Assembly: GCA_026770705.1 (NCBI GenBank)
Contig: JANJGN010000042.1
Span: 2,356,001 to 2,420,000, forward strand
Direction: 5' to 3'
Origin: Isurus oxyrinchus
Taxonomy: Eukaryota
Length of the DNA: 64,000 bases
Positions 39,069-50,280 of this stretch are shown one piece after another; positions within the stretch are counted from its first letter, which is position 1, and every line of letters begins with the position of its first letter. A program made the position numbers and the translations under genes. Under the pieces are notes generated by a model. It was not told where the DNA came from, searched no databases, and saw nothing but the letters and a program-made list of their open reading frames with translations.

Positions 39069-39460
39069 CTAAATATCCGCGGGAACCGTCCGTCTCTGTC
39101 CTCCTGCCCCCGGCTGAAGATGTCTCCACACAGAGATTCATCTCCCTCAGCTGCTTAGTGAGAGGTTTCTCCCCCCGAGAGATCTTTGTCAAGTGGACCG
39201 TCAATGACAAGCCGGTGAATCCGGGGAACTACAAGAACACCAAGGTGATGGCGGAGAACGGCAATAACTCCTTCTTCATGTACAGCCTGTTATCTATTGC
39301 AGCGGAGGAGTGGGCCAGCGGCGCTTCTTACTCCTGTGTGGTGGGACATGAAGCCATTCCCTTGAAATTCATCAACAGAACGGTTGATAAATCCAGCGGT
39401 AAACCGAGTTTTGTGAACATTTCCCTTGCACTGATGGACACCGTTAATTCATGTCAATGA
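39069..39460 (+). CDS. IGHM: IgM Cmu4 exon plus secretory tailpiece (internal donor for the membrane form after 39398)
   Basis: (P)[46 protein letters not shown]|[19 protein letters not shown]; tailpiece has an N-glycan site and penultimate Cys; G|GTAAAC at 39399. Confidence 0.98.
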
Positions 39461-39496
39461 GAATCTATCACTTACTTTTCGAACTTTAGTAGAAAT

Positions 39497-39502
39497 AATA
39501 AA
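39497..39502 (+). terminator. Secretory-form polyadenylation signal (alternative AATAAA at 39671-39676)
   Basis: AATAAA about 36 nt after the stop codon. Confidence 0.65.
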
Positions 39503-40449
39503 GGATATTCCTCCAATTGTGAATTAAATACACAGCCACTTAATTAATTATTTTTTTCCAGTTTTGCTAATGTTAAGCCTGTTTAGTTGATGTCGGGAAT
39601 TTACAGGTCTCAGACCCGAGTCTTGTGCAATCCGTGCCCCCAGCTCAGATACACCCTGGGTTAGAGACAGAATAAAGCTCATTCATTACAGAATTCTGTA
39701 AAGTCACTTCACCAACTTGCCCCTCGCTGAGGTGAATTCTGACCATTTCCCATTAGCACACACAGTAGCAGCATTTAGATCCCATTGTTCCTGCTTCACT
39801 TTTCGTCCATCCATTCAAACTTCTACCAGCCGGATGTTGCCACATCGCACCCACTGGGAACTGAAGTGAGGGTCACAAGGGAAGGTGAAATCTATCTCGA
39901 CTTAGCCAGCATAGAAATGGGGGAGGGCATTAGTTAACGCAATGCACCTGCACATCCCAACACAGATAACCGGAGTGGAAATTGTTTAGCCAACGAGAGA
40001 GAGTGGAGAGGGGAACATTAACTCACTAACCTCCCAATCCCAGTCACAGAGGGTTTAGAAGTGAACAGCTGTCTATGATATGAGTTCAGATACAAGGCGG
40101 CTTCTAGCTTCCTGCACTCAGATTGTAATCTTCAATCATGGCAAACATATCATGGCAAATCATGGCAAAGTGATGTTTTGAAATGATTTTCAATCTCTTG
40201 TTCTTGTAAATCACAAGTTGCCAATGATTTTTCATAATCCAAATCTGAACTGCTGTTTCCATCCTTCCTGTTTTTCCGGTAATGTTTCTAATGTTTCTGG
40301 GGAACCTCTGTTTAATTGTTGCATTCTATCGCTTGATGTCACATTGAACCCCAAAGAAAACACATTCATACATAGAATGGCGATTGTGTTCTCCATCGAT
40401 CATACCTTCACTGTCAGGCCACGTTATTGATGTTCAGTGATACAAGAAA

Positions 40450-41885
40450 CAACAACATAATACACACACACACTGACATAAGCTCATAAACACACACACA
40501 CACACACGGACTCACATGCACACACAGAAGCACACACAAGCACGCGCACATACTCACACACACATTGACAGAAACAATGCAAGTGCACGAGTACATAACA
40601 ATACACACATAAACACACACATGCACACATACACACAGGCAAAGACAGACAGACACACACCCTGGCACAAGATCACACGCACACACAGACACACACACAC
40701 ACACACGCACACACATACACACACACATATACACATACAGACAAAGACAGGCTCACACACACCCTGGCACAAGATTACCTACACACATGCACACTCACAC
40801 ACACAAAACAAAGACACACACACAATCTGACACCAGATCTCTCTCTTTCTCTCTCTCACAGACAAATGCACACAGCGACACAGAGATACAAACACATGCA
40901 TACACAACCAGTGATAGGAAAATGCACACACAATAGTACGTAAAACATACACACATACACACACCCAAACACCCACACATACACACACACAGACAAAGAC
41001 ACTGTCACACACACCCTGGCAAAAGATCACAAACGGACTCACACACACACAACAAAGGCACACACCCCATCTGAAACCAGATCTCTCCGTCTCTCACAGA
41101 CAAACACACACAGTGACACACACATGCACTGAAACCAAATTGCATACAAACACGTACACAAAGGCAGGCACACACACACAAACATGAACAAGCACACACA
41201 TCCACATGAACACACACATACACACACACACGCACACACACACTCCCGCGTGCACTGGATCATGCTCACATGCTCGAACAAATCAACACAGAAGACATAC
41301 ACACATGCAGACAAAAACACGCAGACAGACACACACACACACATACACACACACACACACACATACATAAACAGGCAAACACATCCACACACAAACACGC
41401 ACACACAACATTGGATCATGCCCGAACACATAAACAAAGGCTGACATAAACACAGTGAGAGAAAAGCACACGGACAGGCACAGATGCACATATAAGCACA
41501 CACACACATACGTAAACAAGCACACACATCCCCACACACACACTAACATCCACACACACACACAAACGCACACAGGCTTTGACACAGACTTGCACACACA
41601 GACGCACTTACAGACACACAAACACATGCATATATGAACACGCATACAGTTATGCACAGATATACACACATTCGGGCACACATGCAGGCAGACAGATGCA
41701 CACACACTAACACATCCACTGGATCATACACATATGCCCGAACAGATAAACACAGACTGGCATTGACACAGACAGACAAAATTACACAGACAGACACAGA
41801 GGCACACACGCATGCATGCACATACACAGACACACACACAAACATACAAACATACATAAACAAGCACACACATTGACGCACACAC

Positions 41886-41926
<41 letters not shown>

Positions 41927-42726
41927 AACGCACTCTGATAGACACACACAAACACAGGCATGCGCACACACACACACTCACACATGCATAAACGAGCATA
42001 CATACAGACATACACCGACATCCACACATTCGTGCACACACGCAGGCAGATAGACACATACACCCACCCACTGGATCATGCACACTTGCCCGATCACATA
42101 AACACAGACTGACATTGACACAGACAGACAAAAGCACGCACCCAGACACAGAGGCATCACACACACACACAAAAGCATATGTAAACAAGCACACACATCG
42201 CCATACACACACACACATTCACACACACACACATTCACACACACACATTCACGCACACACACATACACAAACACACACACATTTGGATAGATACAAACCC
42301 ACAGACATTGAAGCAGACATGCACACACACATGCACTTACAGACACACACACATACACACACACACACACACACATGCATACATGAGATCGCATACAGGC
42401 AAAACAGAGGTACACACATTCGAGCACACAAGCAGACAGGCAGACAGAGACACACAGAAGCACACATACATCATAAAGAGAAACACACACTCACACACAT
42501 CCAGACACAAGATCACACACACACATACGCAAACACACACACAATCACAGAGGCATATACACAAACTCGCACACACATATTCACACAAACACACACACAC
42601 ACAAACACATGGACGCATACACACAAAAACAAATTGAGTCACACGATCAAAACACACAAACACACATGTAAACGCACACCCACACACTGATAAAATACAC
42701 ACACAAACACACACACAGGCAGAAGA

Positions 42727-42782
<56 letters not shown>

Positions 42783-43072
42783 AAACATGCATAGGTACAC
42801 AGAAACAAACACACAGGTTCGTGCGTAGGCACGGGAAAAGTGGCACACGTACACAAACACGTGCAAGCATGCATGGGTACATAGGCAGGCATACATGCAC
42901 ACACACATACACATACATACACAAGCACAAGCATACATATACACACAAACCAGCACACAGACACATATACACATAGCCACACACACAAGCACACAAGAAT
43001 GCACATGCAAACACAGACCCACACAATGATAAACATGCACAGGCATACACACACAAACAAACCCACACTCAC

Positions 43073-43122
<50 letters not shown>

Positions 43123-43420
43123 GAGTACACATATACATAGAAAATATGCAGACATGCAACTCACAGGAACACACAACACATATGCACAGATGCAACCTCA
43201 CACTCAGAAATATACACTCACTCTCGACAAACAGACACACAGGCAGACACACTCACGCACAAGCAAGCACCTAAAAATGCAGATATCCTCTCACACACAT
43301 GCAAACGGTTGTGAGCAAACACACAAACACACATGCATGGATGAACTCAACACACACAATTACACATATACACAACCCCATAAACAGGCTCAGACAGGTC
43401 CTGTAAGTTTGTACATGAAC
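40450..43420. repeat. About 3-kb imperfect CA-rich tract with internal sub-repeats, between the secretory polyA site and TM1
   Basis: (CA)n-dominated; recurring blocks CACACCCTGGCACAAGATCAC and CACTGGATCAT; AC-rich decay continues to about 44050. Confidence 0.97.
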
Positions 43421-44668
43421 ATGTTCATTACTGTGCTTCAACGAGCACAACAATATAGAATTAAGGACACACTATCATGCACAATAGTGCACATGCATAG
43501 GCATTTGTACACACACATTAAAAATCGACAAACGGGTACACAGACAAATAGATGAACAGACAGTAACATTTTCACAAACATAGTGCAAGAAACAACGATG
43601 AATACATCCACGCACTCACATTAAAACAAACATATATAAACACACGCTTTAGTAAACATAGATACGTAAATATACATTAAGACAAAGCTAGAAACATCCA
43701 AGAACACATAACGGCACGCCTCAACATACTCACACGCTCGTGGGGGCACAATCATTAACATATCAAACATAGAACATAAAAAGGCACAATATCAGATATA
43801 TTAACAGGCATGGACGTAAATAAACTCCTTAACACAGACATTAATAAGTGGACATAAACATCAACGCATACAGACACATTAACAGACTGATACACATTCA
43901 TTTACAAATGAACAAACATACACACAAAGGCGGACCACACATAAATAAGCATATCAACACTCATGCCACATGAACACACACATCAACGCTCATACAACAG
44001 GGCACACAAACACAGTTAAAGGCAGAGCAAGAGATACTCGTGCACATATACGCAAATATTTAAAAAACACAAAGGCAAATGCCAGGCTAAAGACGAAAGT
44101 ATATTTTAAATCTATTTTTTTAAAGGACACATCTTCCAAAAATTTCTAGGAGCACATAAAGACCCAGGAGACAGGCTGAAGCAATGTTCTTAATCATAAA
44201 CTGATTTAAGTTAATTATGTGCCAAACATTACCACCACAAATAAACAAACAAGATCAAAATTCACAAAAGATAGCTAACAGAGTTCAGAGTCTTGGAATT
44301 AATAGCTATTAGTACTTATCATTAAAATAATTGTGATCAATTAGCAAACCTCCTGCAATTTCCACCATAATATAATCCAGTGATAGGTCGTACTAAATTC
44401 ATCCAAAATAAACTGGCATCGAAGGAATAAAAACACATTTTCCAGTAGGGGCAGGATGAGAAATGTAAAGTGAGAGCAGCTGTGGAGTTAGTAACAGACA
44501 GAGATTATTGAGAGTCACTTATTCATTAACAGATATGCATTGAAAACTTAATTACTGAACAGATCAAAAGCTTGAGGAAGATACAATAGAATTAATATAT
44601 TATAAAAACGGTAAGACACCCTCGATTAATAAGAATGCAATTAAAATTGCTCGGTTATATCCCTGTAG

Positions 44669-44796
44669 ATTCCACAGACCGCATCTGGATTGAAGACAAT
44701 GAGGACGATAACGGGAACATCCGGACAACCGCTTCCACATTCATTGTCCTGTTCTTCCTGAGCATTTTCTACAGCACTGCCGTCACTCTGGTGAAG
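44669..44796 (+). CDS. IGHM: IgM TM1 exon
   Basis: (D)STDRIWIEDNEDDNGNIRTTASTFIVLFFLSIFYSTAVTLVK; acidic spacer plus CART-type TM motif; TAG acceptor in phase with the Cmu4 internal donor; GTGAGA donor. Confidence 0.96.
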
Positions 44797-44936
44797 GTGA
44801 GAAGATTCAATCCACTAACACTACAATCTGACAGAAGCGGTTTGAAAACTTTCTAAATATTTGAACAATTAAAGACTATAACATAAATGCACCAGATCAT
44901 AAACATCTGCTTCATTATTTTCTCCCTCTTTTACAG

Positions 44937-44945
44937 ATCAAGTGA
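44937..44945 (+). CDS. IGHM: IgM TM2 exon (IK-stop); candidate polyA signals AATAAA at 45342 and 45378
   Basis: Pyrimidine tract, ACAG|ATC AAG TGA. Confidence 0.9.
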   Translation: MK

Positions 44946-46419
44946 TCGGTTGAACTTGGACCCCGTAGCTTTTCCTCAGCTGTTCATTAAATCTCTGTAT
45001 TTCAATTTAAAATATGTTCTCTTAATGATCCCGAATCTGTGACCGAACCTCTAACAGTATTTCTGTGATCCTGTAAGAAATGTGCGAAATGGTAATGGTT
45101 GTAATGTAATTGTAGCATCTAATTTCCCTGGAATTAGGATTTCAATTTTAATTAAATAACTTCTCTCATTCCTTATTCACTATTGCCCCCTTCCCTTTCC
45201 GTTGAGCTGCTGTTTTCTTTTTCTGATCTATGTTCCAGTGGTACATACAGTTTACCAACTCAGAGCGCATATGGACTCAGAGCGCATGTGTTCTGTTCCC
45301 AACGTGACTTCAGGAATTATATTCACTTCTGTTAACTTTAAAATAAACTTTCCTGTAAAATATTCTCTCAAATTACTAATAAATCTGGAATGAAAAGTGA
45401 ACTAACTGTGACTTTGCTGAATTCCTTTCTCCAAGGCCCATCGACACTGCTCCATTTTCCCTATTGCACATTTCTCTCAGTTTTACCAGTCCTGTCTGGG
45501 ATCTGTTTCCACCCATCGCCCCATCCGTGTAAGGAGACCTTTACCTCTGTTTCTGGCAATTGCCCGAGGCGGAATGAATGAACAGGGAGGGTCACCTCGG
45601 CGATTTCACTCTGGACGGTCACAGTCACATGTCTGGCAATTCCAAACTGTAGGGTTCGGCTTCATCGGAGGCTGATATAGGACAGGAAATTGGAGCATAA
45701 AACGCCCTTTACAATGCCCCATCAAACACTCCCACGGTTGGTGCAGCCAGGATCAGGAACAGGGTAAAGATCCCTCTGCATTGTTGGATTAAACACTTTG
45801 AAGGTGGGGATGCCACAGGCTAGATATATGACACAGGCAGAATAAGGAGCACAAACCAATGGGTGTATCCAGGGACTGAAGCGTATCTGGCACTGATATA
45901 TTATTAAGTACAACTCCTGCAAATTATTACAGAGCTTTAGGTCTCTTGGACATACCTGGGGGGACAAAACTGCGAAAATGCTCAAAGATGGGGTTCAATG
46001 TTATGCAGCAAGTAACCATAAACATGAGGCTTGTTCCCAGACTCTGGGGCCGATCGGATACTGAGACACTGGCTTCACATTTTCTGTTAAATACACAAAC
46101 AGACATAGCCCACACGTCGCCCTGCCCCACCCCTTTCTGTTAAGCATATACACGTCCTTATTCCGGTAAACACACATTGACTCTCCACTTCCACCTTTTC
46201 TGTTAAATCCATTAGCCCTGTCATTTTCCCTTATGCTTCGATAATGAATCGTATTCCTGATCAGCTCAGTCGTACTGATACTATCTCTGAACATCACCCC
46301 AGGGATCCGTTCTCCCTGCTCCATTCCCTCTGATACCAATTTCCTGAACTCACTGAACATCACCCCAGGGGTAAACACAGAAAGCGCTGGAAAGCTCCGC
46401 AGGTCTGATAGCATCTCCA

Positions 46420-46915
46420 GTTATCTCCACTTGCCTGGGTGAGCGCGGTTCCAACAACACATTAGAAGTTCGACACCATCCAGCACAAAGTCGCTCAATT
46501 GTTGACAGCTCATCTACCAGCTTCACCATTCATTCCCTCCACCACCGCCGCACAGTAGCAGCAGTGTGTGCCAATTACTAGATGCACTGCAGGAACTCAT
46601 CAAGGCTCCTTCGCTAGCACCTTTCACACCCACGACATCTACCATCTAGAAAGACAAGGGCAACAGATACATGGGAACACCACCACCTGGAATTTCCTTC
46701 AAGGGCACTCACCATTTTGACTTGGAAATGTATCGCTGCTCCTTCGCTGTCGCTGGGTCAAAATTATGGATCTCCCTTCCTAACAGCACTGTGTGTGTAC
46801 CTGCACTACATGGACTGTAGCGGTTCAAGAAGGCAGCTCACCATCACCTTCTCAAGGGCAATTACAGATGGGCAGAGAAATGTTGGACTCACCAACGGAG
46901 CCCACGTCCCTTGAA
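46420..46915 (+). mobile_element. LINE 3'-end fragment (abundant CR1/L2-like family)
   Basis: Paralogous to 17750-18160 and 55285-55600. Confidence 0.8.
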
Positions 46916-47689
46916 ATAATAATAAATAATTTTCTAACTGATCATTGGGAATAGAAAAGCCGATTCTTGGAAACAAAATGGACAGCCTGATATCACTTTG
47001 TAAACAATAGAAAACAACCCAATAGTTATTAATAAATAGTTGCAGTATTAAACTATCTGCAATTAAAATGCAGGAACACTTTGGGATTTAACACATTCAC
47101 TGAGGGCGGAGATGGGCTGAAGGTTATCACTGAAGTTAATGTAGGGGAATTATTCTTTATTCAGTTTTTTATTCAGAAAAGCGTTATTAGAAAATCGGAG
47201 ATTTAAAGGAATGGGCAATTTCCCAGAGACAGAGAGACAGAGGGAGAGAGAGAGAGTTCAATAAGTTTCAGTGAGTTAGACTCTGTCTCAGGGAGAGAGA
47301 TGACAGACATTAAGTAAGTGTGCTGACAAACATGCACATCTTAGCAAAGAAATGGTCAGTATCACATGAAATTCTAAACAAGAGCACAACAGAATGTATT
47401 ACAAATAAATATTTACGATATTAGGCGATCTGTAGTTACAGGTTGAATAAGAGAAAATAAAAAAAGCTGAAACATTCTGGTGAAGATAAATCTTTTATCT
47501 TTGCAGAATGATATAGCATGATTTCATTTAACACAGACACACACAAAAGGTGATGTCTCATATGTAATTCTGTTGGCTGTAATGCAAATTAATATGAGGA
47601 GCTGCTTGGAACAACCAGTCAATGGGAAACCTCTAGTTTTAGGCCAAAGTGAGAGGCCCATTTCTAACTCAACATCCACTTTATAGAGA

Positions 47690-48990
47690 CATAGACAAGT
47701 GAATTAACAACAGAGACAGAGGTTGGTGTGGTAATTACTGAGACAGGGCCTAGTGCAATTTAAGCAAAGACATTACAGGTGCAGAAATAATCGAGACAGC
47801 ATCTAATGTTACTTAAGCAAAGATGTGACTGAGTGCACGAATAACAGGGATGGGGACAAGAGCTATATTAACATGGACAGGGTCTACTGCTATAATAGCG
47901 GAGACGGGATTACAGGGCCTGGATCAATATCAAGTGAAATAGGGCAGTTATTACAGGCACAGGGCCTAGAGTAATTGCTTCCTAGAGAGAGTCTAAGTCG
48001 TAATAATGGAGACTGCTGCCAGTGTAAGAGACACAGGTATGATGTCGTGGAGTAAAATCAGGGAAAGGGAGAGTGGAATAGAAGCAGAGACAGAGGTACA
48101 AAGACAAAGCCTCTGCAAAGACAGGATTCATTTTAATTGAAAAGACAGACAAGGTCGTGTGTGATACAGGCTGATACAGAATCTAGTGTAACTTGTTCTG
48201 AAATGGTCTAGTGGAATATAAATGCAGACATGATTGAGTGTGTTATAAGCAGGGCCGCGATTAGTGGAACATAAGTGAGGCAGTGCAGTGTGTAATAATA
48301 ATTGAGACAGGATCTTGTGTAATACGAACCTGCCTATTGTAGCAATAACACAGACGGGATCCAGTATAAGAAAACTGATACACGGTCTAGTGGAGCTTCA
48401 CATAATCCAGCGCTCTTTGTAATATAATCTGACACAGTGTCTGGTGAATTAAATACCTGCAAAGGTATGAGATTAATAAAAACGGGGACATGCACTAGTA
48501 CAGCAATAAGAGAGTAATGGTATAGGACAATAACAACAGAAACAGGGAATTGTGTGATATGAATGGAGGAATGTATTGGTGCAGCATTACCTGAGACAGG
48601 GTCCAGTTTGACAGACAGGTGGCAGATTCTACTGGAGTAATAGCTGAGACAGAGTCTTGTTAAATGCAAGTAAAAACATGTTCCAATTTTCTATAACCAG
48701 AGACAAGCTCTAGTGCAGTGACAACTGGGGCATGGCTTATTGTAACTTCAACCGAGACCTGCTTCAGTGCAGTCATGACTGAGATAGTGCCAACTGTATT
48801 GTGGCCCTAGCCCAGTACATAAACAACTGAGACTGAGCCAATTACAGAAACAACTGATAGATGACCTTCTCTAATATGATTAGAGACATGTCCTAGTGTA
48901 ATAGAAATAGAAACGGCGTCTAATTTAATATGAACAGGGACAGTGGCAAATGCAGTAAAAATTGAGACAGCGCCTGCTTCATGTGATGTG
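47690..48990. repeat. Highly degenerate 26-27-bp-subunit repeat related to the 5' satellite
   Basis: Recurring ACTGAGACAGGG(T/C)CTAGTG(C/T)AAT motifs. Confidence 0.75.
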
Positions 48991-49004
48991 AGCAATCACA
49001 GTTA

Positions 49005-49023
49005 CACTGCCATCCACTGGTCA
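49005..49023 (-). promoter_or_regulatory. CTCF-like motif (module copy 3)
   Basis: Minus strand TGACCAGTGGATGGCAGTG; flanks (TTACACTG..CAATC.TTG..ATTAC..GAAAATGTCGA) are paralogous to copy 1. Confidence 0.45.
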
Positions 49024-49108
49024 ATCTTTGCTATTACAGGTGTTGCGAAAATGTCGATTACATCTACTGTTTCTGAGATCAATGGTTAAAATCCGAAATA
49101 ATGGAAAA

Positions 49109-49190
49109 CGTAGTCGGCAGGATTTGAACCTGCGCGGGGTAACCCCAATAGACTTCGAATCCATCACCTTAACCACTCGGCCACGACTAC
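49109..49190 (-). tRNA. tRNA-Ser(CGA), near intact (may be a pseudogene)
   Basis: GTAGTCGTGGCCGAGTGGTTAAGG..TT-CGA-AG..GGTTCAAATCCTGCCGACTACG followed by a TTTT terminator; a few substitutions relative to the vertebrate consensus. Confidence 0.8.
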
Positions 49191-50280
49191 AGACCTGGAG
49201 AGTAAAACATATATATTTCATATATGAAATCATAGAATAGTTACAGCAGAGAAAAAGCGTCTTCTTCCTACCCTGTCACTGCAACAACCCAGCCTATTCC
49301 CCATAACCCTGCAATTTATACTGTCCCTCCTCGTTCTCCCTCCCAAACTGGGAATGAAAGAGAGAGAATGAAAGAGGAAGAGAAGTGATGGGTTTTCTAG
49401 ATCTCAGGGAAAAGAGACTTCAGGAACAGTTCATTGTGACAGTTCACACAGCAACAAGAAAACAGCATTCCCTGAGGAGGGCCAGGAGTGGGAGCGTGTT
49501 TAGTTCAAACACAGAAGACTTGTTCAGCCAATAACAGCATCGGATCTGTTAGACATATACATGAAGTGAACAGTGAGGTGAAATAGTGCCACAAGCTGTG
49601 GATGTGCAACTTTCAATTTCCAAGACCCACCATCCTCATCAATGCACCTCCTCTGAAACTTTCAAGGTCAATGTTGATCCTTTATAAGGTGCCGTTCCCA
49701 GAACGAGACACAGTCCTCCAGGTGTGACCTAACCAGGGCTTTGTATAGCTGCAGCAAACCTTTCCCTCTTTCCTATAACAGCCTCTGTAACAGGTTGTAT
49801 AGACAGAGGGATTAGATTGTATCGATCCAATAAGAAAAATAAGGAGATGCTTCATCAAACTAAAATTCCTTTTGAAATTCCATTTGAAATGAACTTAATT
49901 TTTTCGAAACAAAAACAGAATTACCTGGAAAAACTCAGCAGGTCTGGCAGCATCGGCGGAGAAGAAAAGAGTTGACGTTTCGAGTCCTCATGACCCTTCG
50001 ACAGAACTTGAGTTCGAGTCCAAGAAAAGGTTGAAATATCAGCTGGTTTAAGGTGTGTGTGTGGGGGGCGGAGAGATAGAGAGAGAGAGAGGTGGTTGTG
50101 TAGACAAACAAGCAGTGATAGAAGCAGATCATCAAAAGATGTCAACGACAATGGTACAATAGAACACATAGGTGTTAAAGTTAAAGTTGGTGATATTATC
50201 TAAACGAATGTGCTAAGTAAGAATGGATGGTAGGGCACTCAAGGTATAGCTCTAATGGGGATGGGGAGAGCATAAAAGAT

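Noticed and set aside
40414-43555. Many Cys/Val- or His/Thr-rich ORFs
   Set aside because: Translations of CA/TG repeats.
25899-44945. Germline-joined IgM (IgM1gj-type), IgNAR or IgW constant region
   Set aside because: V, D1, D2 and J are separate with intact RSS, and the four C exons, tailpiece and TM are mu-type including Cmu2.
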